This document shows, piece by piece, positions 36,022 through 48,318 of a stretch of DNA of 64,000 bases. Positions within the stretch are counted from its first letter, which is position 1. Each line of letters opens with the position of its first letter. The stretch comes from Eledone cirrhosa (lineage: Eukaryota). Both the position numbers and the translations under genes were made by a program. The stretch is taken from the NCBI GenBank assembly GCA_964016885.1, contig OZ024740.1, positions 212,660,001 through 212,724,000 of the forward strand, given 5' to 3'. The notes beneath the pieces were generated by a model. That model was not told the origin of the DNA and did no database searches. It saw nothing but the letters and a program-made list of their open reading frames with translations.

Positions 36022-36106
36022 GCTGAAATTTCAATGTTATAATTGCAACAAATGATATTGTTCCACATATAACAAATATCATACACAGCTTCTTAAATGA
36101 TATCAT
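36022..36106 (-). CDS. First coding exon of the HtrL-like gene (cytoplasmic tail plus signal-anchor helix)
   Basis: ATG at 36106 gives MISFKKLCMIFVICGTISFVAIITLKFQ plus 1 nt, then donor CAGC|GTAAGT (phase 1). An upstream acceptor (TATTTTCAG, ending at 36204) implies a further 5'-UTR exon. Confidence 0.72.
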
Positions 36107-36620
36107 TTTTCATAAAAAGATAATGGGAAAATGTTGACTAGGGTTGAAATTCAATCTTTAAAAGTAAGGACATTGAAGATAATGTAGACCTCATAAACTT
36201 TCACTGAAAATATGAATTACTCATTACTTAAATAGTTAATCATAAACAACAACAACAAACATGGGAAAAGAAAATCAGTTGTGGAGATGAATGAATAGAC
36301 AAAGTGTTGAAGATGGGGTATGTGAAGTTTCAGATTTACTAGAAATGATGAGAGAAGGTGATGTGGTGTAGAGAAGGTTTGTAACTTGATAGATTCAACA
36401 TAGAGACACTGTTAGATCATCATCATCATCACACCGTTTTCTGCCAAGAGTTGTAACTGGAAGATAGTATCAGCAATGGAAAGACCAATGGAAACATATT
36501 TTCCCAAGTGCCATTACACAAGTTCCATACCTCTCAGTAAGTGAGTGACGTCTGGGATCTTGTCAATCTATTTTCCCTTAAGTATGTTTTTTTTATACCC
36601 TTAAGTATGTTTTTTTTAAC

Positions 36621-36840
36621 CCTTTAGCATTTAAACTGACCATTTCCAGCCAGAATTCTCTCACCTCTTGCTGTTCAAACTGGTCATTAAGGTATGTCAT
36701 ACTGACATTAAGGTATTGTTCTCAAAATAAATAACATCAAAATCTCGTAGATTCGGTATTATGTGAGATAATTATGTAACACATAATTATTTACCATAAA
36801 AATACAATAGCAAATATAGAATAATGTAAATGCTAAACAA
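36621..36840. mobile_element. piggyBac-like MITE, inverted relative to 21189-21411
   Basis: TTAA-CCCTTTAGCATTTAAA...; TAAGGTATTGTTCTCAAAATAAATAACATCAAAATCTCGTAGATTCG closely matches the reverse complement of about 21275-21321. Confidence 0.65.
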
Positions 36841-37004
36841 TTAAACTGCAACATGCTAAAACCTTTACATGTAATAATATTTAAAATGTATATCACGAGT
36901 GGATTCTTATATGAACAATATTTAATAAATGTTTTGGTATAATATACTCTTGGCACTTAAATTATCGTCCCCACATCCCACTTATTCATTTTTCAACTGT
37001 ATAT

Positions 37005-37330
37005 CTGTCAGTGTATGTGTGTATGTATGTGTGTGTATGTATACATGTTTGTGTGTATGTCTACGTATGTGTGCATATGTGTATGTATGTGTATGTATGT
37101 GTGTGTATATATGTATGTGTGTGTATGTGTGTGTATGTGTGTGTGTGTGTATGTGTGTGTGTTGGTGTGTATGTGTTTGTATATGTGTGTATGGGTATGT
37201 ATGTGTGTGTATATGTGAGTGTGTGGGTATGTATGTGTGTGTATGTGTATATGTGTGTATATGTGTGTATATATATGTGTGTGTGTATGGGTGTGTATGT
37301 GTGCGTGTACATGTGTATATATATATATGT
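37005..37330. repeat. (TG)/(TA) compound microsatellite
   Basis: Seen directly. Confidence 0.95.
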
Positions 37331-40300
37331 TTCTATTTATTGCCACGAGGGCACAAAAGAAGGGGACAAATACAAAGGGGGGAGTTTACACAAAAGAACG
37401 AGTAAAAAAAATAAATAACAAATATAAAATTAACAATAAAAACCTCTAAAGGGAGGAGGCGTTTTGGGGGGTCGCACACACCCCCGAAAAAGTGTGCAAC
37501 CCTTCTCCTCAGGAGCACAGAGAGAGGGTGCTCCCTTGTTCTTCCATCTTTTTCACCTACAGGCTGATATAGAGAGAAGGCCCATTCACACGAGCCATTT
37601 TCGCCCCTTTCACCCACCTTTCATAAAACTGGCTGGGGTGGACACCTCTCTATCCATCCTGATCCTTCTTCCGAAATGATATGGGAATAAAAGGACCAGT
37701 TGTTGGCCAGAGAGAAAGGTGTCTGACCTCAGTCCTTTCAAACGCGTCCACCATACAACCTCTTTCACCATGGCTATTGCGCACAGAAACACAGCCTCTT
37801 CTTCATTTTTGAAGGGGGAGGCGGCTTGATTGTTATAATGGACTCGATGGTCAACCGGATAGGACCCACCCGTGACAGCAGTCGTTCGAAATAGCCCCAC
37901 AGATCGGCGATGCCCGGGCAGTGTACCAATGCATGCGCGACGGTTTCCTCGTCGCGCACGCATCTGGGACAGATCTTTTTCGAGGGGTCCCTACCCGGGC
38001 GCCTGTGCCTGTAGAGTTTTTCTCGAACAGGCAGAGCCCCTCGGTAGCACTGCCAGGCCAGGGACTTCTGGAAGTTGTCCATGGGTCCCGGGCTAAATGT
38101 CCTACCGAACAGGCTGACCAGTTCGTCTTCCTCCATGCCTAGGGCTTCTCCGAGGGCGTCGTCGCACCTACTGCGTACCAGCCCTCTATAGAATGTCGAG
38201 GTGGAGTCTCCACTGATAGCCGGGTCTGCCTGCCAGAGAGCCGTGAGCACCTGGGCACACTCGGTGTGCCAGGCGCCGGTTTTCTCGGTCTTTGATTGAC
38301 CCAGGATTGCAACTCAGGGAGTGAGACGAGTCTCGGAAAGGTTCGTCTCACAAACGGGGCCCACACCGGTTGACCGGTGAGGAATACCTGGAGGTGCCGT
38401 AGCCTTAATGCGTGTTTACGCATCATCAGCCACGGCATCCCCAGCCCTCCTTTTGAAGGGTGTTGACAGCAGATGGATCTCCTCACCAAACGGGCCCGCT
38501 TCTTCCAAAAGAATTGGAAGAGTGCGTGCTCCTTTTTGGTAAGCGTTTCCCTTGGGCAAGGCACGACAGTCAGGCGGTAGTAGATGACGGACGCTATATA
38601 GGTGTTCGCCACCCCCCCCCCCCCCCGACCTTTCAGGGATAGTTTGCACTCAGCCCACTTCTGAGTTAGTGCAAACACCCTGTTCGTTGCCTCACCCAGT
38701 TCTTCTCCATCTGGAGGTCTGCTCCGAACCAGACCCCGAGCAACTTCACCGGGCCCTCCGTCCAGCGTCCGACGACGCAATCGGAGGTTATCGATTTGCC
38801 CCTCCACGTGCTGAGTTGCAACCCGATCGACTTGTCCCGGTTCAGCTTAGCCCCTGTAAACCTTTCGTACTCCTCCAGTAAGGTACCGATCGCCCCGATT
38901 TCCGAGGTGGTCGACACCATTACTGTTACGTCATCGGCGTAGGCCGACACCGCTTTCCGCAATCCCGGTTCCAAAGGGATGCCCTGCAACAACTCCAACT
39001 TCTGCAGCAGTGGCTCGAGGGCATACAGAAGGGAGGAGAGAGGGCACCCTTGTCGGATGGACCGTGTGATTTCGAACGGCTCCGAGAGGTAGCCGCTCAC
39101 CTTGACTCTAGAGCAGATGCGGCTGCTGTGCATGGCAGGGATCCAGCCCCTGAAAACGGGTCCGAAACCTGCCGCCGCTAGCACCGCATCCAGGTAACCA
39201 TGGTCGACCCTATCGAACGCCTTAAATTGATCCAAGTTAATCAGGGCCCCACCAAAGCCGGGTTCGTTCCCAACCCTCTCTATAATGTATCGCATAAGGT
39301 GTAGGTTGTCGTGGATGGACCTGGACGGGATAGCACATATCTGCGCATCTCCCACCAGGTTGCCCACGACAAGCGCCAACCTCTTTGCTAACACCTTGGC
39401 CAAAATCTTTAACTCTGTGTTTAGCAGAGTTATGGGCCTGAAATTACTTATTTCGTCCCCCTTGTTCGCATCCTTCCTCACTAGCGTGACTACGCCCTTG
39501 GTCACAGCACAGGGAATTATCCCGTTCTGTTGCCAGTTGCAGTAGACCGCCTCGAGGAGATCGGGGAACGAGTCCGGTATAGCTAGATGTAGTTCATATG
39601 GAAGACCATCGAGACCCGGGGATTTGCGTTTGCCGCATCGGCTCAACACGTCCCCTATCTCAGCAGCTGAAATCGGCCCCTCGCAGGACTTCGCCTCCTC
39701 GTCTGAAAGACGCGGCAGGCCGTCGAGGTATGGACCGAAGTCCACGTCCCTATCTGGTCCCCCGCCTCTCCCGAACAATCGGGTAAAGTGCCTTTGAAAA
39801 GTCATACACATCTGCTTAGGTTCAAGGATCACCCGTCCATCCTGGTCTCGCAAAGACCGGATAGTGGATCTAATCCCTCTTTTGGCTTCTGTCACGCGGG
39901 CCCAGCTAACAGCTTTGGTCCCCTCGTTTCCCAGAGCACGTATTTTGCTTCGGGGAACGCAGCCTTCGTGCTTCGCGTCAAAGAACTGGCCCAAGGCCGT
40001 TCTCGACGCTAGCACTCTGGCCACGCCGCCGCTTCTAATTGCCTCTTCAACATTAACTACCAACTCCCTTTCCTTCCTATTTCTATCTGAGGCTAACTCC
40101 TTACTAAATTCTATAGAGACTACTCTAATCTCTCTTTTGAGAGATCCCCACCTCCTGCTGTTGACGATCGCTCCCGTCAACCGCTCCTTAACTAAAGTAC
40201 TAATCCGGTCCCTGTACACTTTACTTGCCGATAAGGACAAGTTCAGTTTCCAGTAACCGGGTCCCTGTCTATGCGTTCTATCAAGGTTGAGTATGCAGGT

Positions 40301-41025
40301 CACTAATTTGTGATCTGAATAGCCAACCATAAGCATCTTTGGACAGCTTAAAAGGTCCCTATCATTATTTCTAACTAGGACCCTATCTAGGTACGACCTA
40401 GATGATCCGCTGCGGTTTGCGCATGTCCAGGTTGGCGCAGTCGGAAAATCTAGTGGATATCTATTGGACAGGTCAAATCGGCCGATTAACTCCTTGAGGC
40501 TGTTACACCCCCCTCTATCGGGACATGCCCTTACATAGTCCCAACGTGTATCTAGGATACCATTCCAGTCCCCCACTAAAAGCAAGGAGCGGGACGGCCC
40601 AGAAAAGTCTCCAGACGTTGAAAGAAATCCGGCCGCGCTGACCCAAAAGGGGCGTAGGCGGCGACCAACCTAAAGGCTCCGCCTTCACCACTGCTAACGT
40701 CTAAAACCACCAGTCGACCCTCCGGGTCCAGGTGTACCGTCTGTGCGGCGAGACCCAGATGTTTTTTGCAGCAGAACGACAACCCACCCCCACCTCCGGG
40801 TTGACAGAGAGATGTGTGCATCTCAAAGACGTCAAAAATGGAGGCTAGCTGGCGCACGCTGCTGATCTGGGCCACGCAAATGACCATCACATTTATACAA
40901 CGTGACCTGAGGTCATATGAGCCCAGGCCACGCACATTTAGACAAGCCACTCTCAATACAGCTATGTTGGTGGTAAAGAGAAAAAGGAGGGACCTACCTC
41001 TCTGCGTCCCGGGGACCAGGTCGCG
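37330..41025 (-). mobile_element. Tx1/L1-clade LINE with near-complete ORF2 (APE-RT-CCHC), frameshifted
   Basis: ACLNVRGL, AAYAP, VGDWN, SYLDR, SDH, GYWKLN, KSPGLDGLP, QGCPLS, AYADD, CPRCVRDEETVAHALVHC. Flanked by TG/TA repeats. Confidence 0.92.
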
Positions 41026-41074
41026 TGTGTGTGTATGTGTACAAATAAATATGTGTGTGTCTGTATGTGTGTGT

Positions 41075-41810
41075 GTAAAGTGGTCATGTAGGTATCACAA
41101 CAAAAAGCACCCAGTAAACACTGTAAAGTGGTCGTGTAGGTATCATGACAAAAAGCATCCAGTACACACTGTAAAGTGGTCGTGTAGGTATCATGACAAA
41201 AAGCATCCAGTACACACTGTAAAGTGGTCGTGTAGGTATCATGACAAAAAGCATTCAGTACACACTGTAAAGTGGTCGTGTAGGTATCATGACAAAAAGC
41301 ATCCAGTACACACTGTAAAGTGGTCGTGTAGGTATCATGACAAAAAGCATCCAGTACACACGGTAAAGTGGTCGTGTAGGTATCATGACAAAAAGCATTC
41401 AGTACACACTGTAAAGTGGTCGTGTAGGTATTATGACAAAAAGCACCCAGTACACACTGTAAAGTTGTCATGTAGGTGTCACAACAAAAAGCACACAGTA
41501 CACACTGTAAAGTGGTCATGTAGGTATCATGACAAAAAGTACCCAGCCCACACTGTAAGGTGGTCGTCTAGGTGTCACCACAAAAAACATCCAGTAGACA
41601 CTGTAGTGTGGTCATGTAGGTGTCACAATAAAAAACACGCTGCACTTCTGTAAATGTGGCTGGCATTAGGAAGGGCATTCAGCCGTTAAAACCTAGCCGA
41701 AACCAGTTCAGTGTGAGCAAAACACGGTCCTCTGACCTGGATCTCTCACAGCGAGACAACATTTCCTACCCATGCTAGCGTGGAAAATGGACGTTAAAAG
41801 ATGATGATGA
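41075..41810 (+). repeat. Second array (about 12 copies) of the 48-bp module, still joined to the RTE 3' tail
   Basis: Unit CACACTGTAAAGTGGTCGTGTAGGTATCATGACAAAAAGCATCCAGTA, followed by TGGCATTAGGAAGGGCATTCAG...CATGCTAGCGTGGAAAATGGACGTTAAAA and (GAT)n. Confidence 0.9.
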
Positions 41811-41904
41811 AATGTGAACATAGTAAAGGTGAGTATCATTGTTTTCAATTTACTGGAAAATATGTCTAAATACTAAAAATGTATAAATCTATGTACTGTA
41901 TATA

Positions 41905-42170
41905 TGGAGGTGTGTGGCCTAGTGGTAAGTTTGTTGACTTCCAATCATAATGTCGTGAGTTCAATTCCTGGGTTATGTGTTGTGTTCTTGAGCAAGATAC
42001 TTCATTTCACGTTGCTCCAACATACTCAGCTATAAATGAGTAGGAGCAATAGCTGGGGGGTTTAACTCAGCGATGGACTGGAGTCTTGTCCAGTGGGGAG
42101 TCTTGTACTCTGTCACTTCACGCCATGAGACCGGGATAAGCACTGAGCTGATGAACCTCTTGGCTTGAGA
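41905..42170 (+). mobile_element. tRNA-derived SINE (head family of 6186-6522)
   Basis: A box TGGCCTAGTGG, B box GTTCAATTCC, core TGTGTTCTTGAGCAAGATACTT. Confidence 0.8.
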
Positions 42171-42196
42171 CATATATATATAAATTCATATGTTGT

Positions 42197-42240
<44 letters not shown>

Positions 42241-42476
42241 GTTTAGATCATTACCCAGTGGTACATGTCTAATATATATAGATTTGTATGTGTATACTTT
42301 TAATCACCATCTAAACCAGAGGTCACAAACACGTGACCTGCACGTCTGTAAACTACATTTCTATGACTCACCACAGGATAATTTTCGTGTTTAATGAAGG
42401 AAAATTTGAAACGAAAAATTTGTCTCACATTTTGTACAAATTTACATATCCCATACCTGCACACACACACACGCAG

Positions 42477-42508
<32 letters not shown>

Positions 42509-42765
42509 GTGTATTTATTTTATATTTTAGATTAGCATTATATGTAGTTGTGTGTGTGCGTGAGTATTATTAACCCTTTTGTCTGAAGGTTGCCACTCTA
42601 CTCCTGCCCTAATATGTTGTCTGCTTCGGGGTCCCAGCCACCGACAGGATACAAAATACATTATCCCAGAGGACAACGAACTCCATCTCACCTGGTGAAA
42701 ATCAAACCTTCCCCTAACCTACCTTGCCACTTCTCCCTCTTGACCCACTGTGGCTCTCCACCAGG

Positions 42766-43043
42766 CATGGTTGGATTTAAACATTGGGGGCCCTTGGCAA
42801 TTCAGGTTTGGGGGCCCTCATACACAAACAAATTAGAATACTCAGCAAACTCCCCAATTTTACATATCAAAGTTAACTTGGTGCAAGTAATTGGAATTGA
42901 AAAGTGTTACCCTACAGGTATTAAATTCAAAAATTCTAACCATCCTAAAACTAAAAAACCCAGCTGAGGGCACAAATAAATTGCTGACGTTGCTGGTGAG
43001 GCACCCACTGCAGGGACCCCCCCCCCCATTAAATCCGGCCCTG
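42766..43043. mobile_element. hAT-type MITE with 8-bp target-site duplication
   Basis: TSD CCACCAGG at 42758-42765 and 43044-43051; imperfect TIRs CATGGTTGGATTTA / TAAATCCGGCCCTG. Confidence 0.75.
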
Positions 43044-43340
43044 CCACCAGGACATAATGTCAAGTTTGAGACTCCTGATCTATACAGACCTTATGACTGA
43101 CTCCCTGTCTAGCGATTTACACAAGCTATGTTTTTCTTTTTCTCTTGTCTATCATACACCCCCACCATCATCACCACCTTCACCTCCCAGCTTAGCTTAA
43201 GTGAACCACCTGTTTAGCTTTTGTTCTTTTTATTTTCATTTATCCTCACATTTATCCATTGTGTTGTATGTCTACCTCAGTAGCAGTGTGAGAACACACA
43301 CACACACACACACACATTCTCTCTCAAACATACATAAATA

Positions 43341-46300
43341 CATGATGGCTGCCCCCTCGTTATCGAGTATGGCCATTGCACGAGAAAAAAAATATATATA
43401 TACATATATATATACATATATATATATGTATATGTATATATATATGTATAGAAAAAAAAAAAATATATATATACATATATATTAATAACAATAATAATAA
43501 TAATAACAACAATAATAATAACGACAACAACAATAATAATATACATATATATATATATACACACACGTACACACATAAACATATCTATACACACACACAA
43601 TAGCAATTAACAGCGCTGCGATCGAATGTGGCTTCTTAGCCCAGCCAATGATCTAAAATGTCTTGTACAGATTTGGCAACCAAAACATTCACTGGGAATA
43701 GCCGGCTGTGGTTGGAGTTCATGTACTTTTGCATGTCGCTTGAGCCCTCCTGCTGATTTACATTCTCTACCACATGCTTGGCAAGCATGATGAGTAGCAT
43801 CTCCAGCAGCAGCCTGGTAGTCAACCACTGGTCTTACTTTATGACTGCGAAGATGACTTTCGAGTTCAGCTTTGCTTAGGCAGAGTCTCGCACAGACGCT
43901 ACATGTCAGCACCTTAGGAAGACCCTCGCCGTCTGGAAGTGCAACGGCAATACCCTTCCTCACATCCCGCTTTACTTTCTCGTATGCGATTCGAGATGCC
44001 TCAAAGGCAACTTTTCCCTCATATACAGTCTTTCTCCATTTATTACGATCAGCAGCAATATTTTCCCATGTATCAGCAGAGATGTTAGCGTCTTTCAAAG
44101 AGGCTTTCAAGGAATCCTTATACCTCTTTTTTGGTTTATGTGGCGGTCGTTTTCCTTTAACCAACTCTCCATAAAAGAGTTGTTTTGGTATTCTAGAATC
44201 CTTCATCCTGGCAAGGTGACCACTCCAACGGAGTCGTTGCTTAAGCACAAGAGCTTCTATACTGTCACACATAGAGCTTTCCAAAATCTCGACATCACTG
44301 ATGTGGTCCCTCCAGTGAACGACATGGATCCGTCTGAGACACATCTGATGGAAACGCTCCAATTGCTTAAGATGGTGTCGATATGTGACCCAGGTCTCGC
44401 AGGCATAAAGAAGACAAAAGAGCACACATGCCCTGTACACATTTACCTTTGTCCTCCTGCATATGTCTCGCCGACCCCAGAGTCGCCTTTCTAGTTTTCC
44501 GAAAGCATCACTTGCTTTCCTAATCCTAAGTGAGATTTCACTGTCAAGGTTGCCGTATCGATTGACAGTGCTTCCCAGGTAGACAAACTGATCAACCACT
44601 CCAAGTCGTTTGCCATACACATAGATGTTTGGTTCAGTGTACTGCTTACCAGGGGCAGGTTGGTACATGACGACGATTTTCTTGAGACTGACAGTCAATC
44701 CTAGGGCAGTGCAAGCGTCAGAAAATGCATTCAAAATGTGCTGCATATCACTCTCTGTGTGCACTACAAGATCGCAATCATCTGCATACAAGAGGTCTCT
44801 TATGATTGATGTAAATACTTTTGTCTTTGCAGCAAAGCGCCTGATGTTAAATATACTGCCTGAGGTTCGATATCGGATGTAAACACCATGCTCGCAATTC
44901 CTGAATGCAATACAGAAAACCATTGCAAAGTATATGGCAAACAGGGTCGGTGCTGGAATATCCCCCTATTTCACTCCATCTTTTACTGAGATAGGCTCCG
45001 ACATGTTACCTCCGACATTAACCCAAGCCTTCATGTCGTCATGGAAAGAGCTAACTAAAGCAAGGAACTTATCAGGGCAACCAAGTTTCTGGAGAACCTT
45101 CCATAATGCATCTCTGTTAACAGTATCGAAAGCTTTTGTCAGGTCGACAAAAACCTGATACAGATCCAAGCCTTGTTCTATGCACTTCTCCTGGAGCTGT
45201 CTAGCTGAGAAGATCATATCAGTAGTGCCGCGTCCAGCACGAAAACCAGATTGACTTTCAGGAAGAACACAATCTGCAATGTGTGTCAGCAGACGGTCCA
45301 GAAGCACCCTACATAAAACTTTCCCTACGACAGAAAGCAATGATATACCTCTGTAGTTCCCACAATCATTCCTGTTACCCTTTCCCTTGTACAAGACCAC
45401 CATTACTGCATCTCTCCAGTCCTCAGGTACGGATTCATTAGCCCATATCCTGCCAAACAAAGAGTGAAGATGTTGCAGGAGTCTCTCACCACCATATTGT
45501 AGGAGCTCAGCATGTATGCCATCCATACCTAGAGATCTTCCTCTGTTCAGCTTCGAAATAGCCACTGCAACCTCCACAAGCGTCGGAGGTTCTGCGAGAG
45601 CTACTTTCACAGGACTTTCTGGAATGAGATTAACGAAATCTTCACTGACGACAGACGGCTGATTCAAAAGATCATCAAAGTGCTCTCGCCACCTTCGTAG
45701 AATTCCTTGTGAGTCACGAAGAAGTTCTTTGCCATCCTTGCTGCGAAGCGGTGTCACCAGAGAAGAAGACGGTCCATAAACCTCACGCAAGAGACTGTAC
45801 AACAGCTTTGTGTTATTGGAATCTGACGCAGTTTGTATCTCACCAGCCTTCTCACTCCACCACTGATCCTTCATCTGAGAAAGACTCCGCCTAACACGTG
45901 AATTTACATCCTTGAGTTCCTCATGCAACGTATTCCTCTCCTGTGGTTTTGCCGTCAAGTAGCGTGACAGAGCACGCCTCTTATCAGCAAACAAGTCTTC
46001 TATATGTACATCATTCTCATTAAACCATTCCTGATGTTTCCTCTGCACCAATCCCAGAACACGCCTGCCTACATCATAAACCGACTTTTTAAGGGTCGGC
46101 CAATCCTCACCAAGATCTGCAGCCTGCATCTCTTCTTCCAATGTCCTCTTCACATTTTTATCCTTAAGACGAGCAGCATTCAATCTTTTGGGCAGGGCAA
46201 CACCAGGAGCCCGGATTTTACGTTTAGTGATTAGTTTCACTTTTGCGCGTACCAGGCGGTGGTCCGTCCAGCACTCAGCTCCACGAAGAGCACGAACACA

Positions 46301-47527
46301 CGGCACATCCTGTCTGTCACGCATCCTAACTAGGACGTAGTCCAAAAGATGCCATTCCTTAGATGCAGGATGCATCCATGTGGTCTTGAATTTGTTCTTT
46401 TGTTGGAACATGGTGTTGGTAACACACAGATCCAGCTCCTCACACATCTGCAGCAGGAGCATACCATTGTTGTTACACTTTCCCACCCTATGCCTTCCGA
46501 TTACATTCCATGTGTTAAAATCCCTACCCACTCTAGCATTAAAGTCACCAAGCACGATGACTTTGTCTGCCTGAGGGATATTTCTTAAAACACCTTTCAA
46601 GGCATGGTAAAAGGACACTTTTTCTTCATCGACAGAATTCATAGTTGGAGCATACACACTCACCAGGGTCGCATATCTTCCTTTGTCCAGCGGAATTTTC
46701 ATGGACATAAGACGCTCACTAATCCCTACTGGGAATTCTTCTAATTTATTCACAAGTACAGTCTTAACAGCAAATCCTACCCCAGCCTCTCTTCTGGTTC
46801 CTTCATCTCTTCCTTCCCAGAAGAATGTATATTCTCCAGAAAATTCTGTAAGATGACCATCTCCAGCTAACCTCGACTCAGATAAAGCCACGATGTCAAG
46901 ATCGTAACGTCAAAGCTCCTTTGCAACAAGAGCGGTCCTTCGTTCAGGACGCTCCAAGGAATCCCTGTCAAGCAGCGTCCGTACGTTCCAGCAGCCAAGA
47001 CTAAATGCCTTTTTTGGCTCTATTACAATGGCACAATGACGAGCGGGCCCAGGCTGTGATAACCTGGGGCCCCTGCCCTTATTGCCAATGATCTTTTTTG
47101 TTCCAGAACCTAAATTGCCAATTATCTCTTTTATATTGTTCTGGAACATCATTGAATTGGAAATAAAAAATTAAAAAAATTAAAAAAAAGTAATAATAAT
47201 AGTAACAATAATAATAATAATAGTACACTATTGATAATTATTAATGCACTCGTGCAATGCCTGTGCGTGACGAATATTTTTAAAGTGAGGAAAGACTGTG
47301 CACTGAGCCAATCCCACTCTCTGAGCGACAGTAACTATAACCCGAAAAGAAGAAAAGATCAACATCATCGGTAACTACTGAGCCGCAGGTTTTATGTCGG
47401 AGTTAACCCAGTTTCCTGAGATGCCTTCTCCTAGAAGAATGCCCTGACAAGGGCTAGGGGTTCTTCACTCCCAGTGGTTTGACTGCGCGATCGGGCATCC
47501 AGCCCGATTATTTCTATGTCCCCGCGC
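43341..47527 (-). mobile_element. Apparently full-length RTE-BovB-like LINE (APE-RT plus three C-terminal C2H2-type fingers)
   Basis: A single frame 47152-43607 interrupted only by TGA (46910-46912) and TAG (44966-44968). Motifs WNVRTL, ALSE, SVYAPT, LGDFNARVG, WTDHRLV, NYRGISLL, DLTKAFD, LLYADD, YLGS, three CxxC fingers. The 5' UTR carries the RTE CTAGGAGAAGG motif. Confidence 0.93.
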
Positions 47528-47665
47528 AAAAAAAAAAAAAACTCACTTATTGACACTTATACGTACGACATACACACACGCGCATACATATGCGCGCACA
47601 CACACGCATACATACGCGCGCACACAGCAACACTCATACATACAAACAAACACACACACGCTACT

Positions 47666-47698
<33 letters not shown>

Positions 47699-47799
47699 TA
47701 CCGTCATTACTGATACAAGATTACAAGATTATGTCAACTGTTGACTTTCAAGAGTTTGTATAGTTGAAGCCGTTCGTATTACAGTCCAGTATTATTATA

Positions 47800-47958
47800 A
47801 TTGCTTTACAGCATAGAGTTATGGCTCTCCACGCTCTGAGCTCAAATCCCGCCGAGGTCAACCTTGCCTTTCATCCCCACGGAGTCAACAAAAGAGAGTA
47901 CCAGTGATGCGCTGAACCAGTCGCTGGATCCGTGCCAAAAGCAGAAAAATTATTATTA
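47800..47958 (+). mobile_element. Nin-core SINE (diverged)
   Basis: CAAATCCCGCCGAGGTCAACCTTGCCTTTCATCC followed by an (ATT)n tail. Confidence 0.75.
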
Positions 47959-48318
47959 AAGTTGTTTTCTTAAGGCCCGGTCGTTGGTGATGGTGATGGT
48001 GATGGTGATGGCGGCGGTGGTGGCGGTGGTGGTGGTGGTAGTTGATGTTGTTGTTGTGTTGTGTGCGTGTGTGTGTGTGTGTTTTGTTATTTGAGTTTTT
48101 TTGTTTGTTTGTGGGGGGGGGGGTTATCTTTTGATGCCGCTGTTGTTGTTGTAAATGTTCATTTCAATTCATTCTGAAGCTGTTGTTGCTGTAAACATTA
48201 GTGCCGGTGTTGTTGTAGATGTTGGGGTTGAAATCTGGTCGTTTGACTGAGTGATGTATATACACACATATACATACATATGGAAAGGAGGTCATGTATG
48301 TAAACAATCATTGAAAAA

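Noticed and set aside
41905-41975. tRNA gene (also 6450-6522 and the Nin-SINE heads)
   Set aside because: A and B boxes are present, but there is no complete cloverleaf and the sequence runs straight into SINE core sequence.
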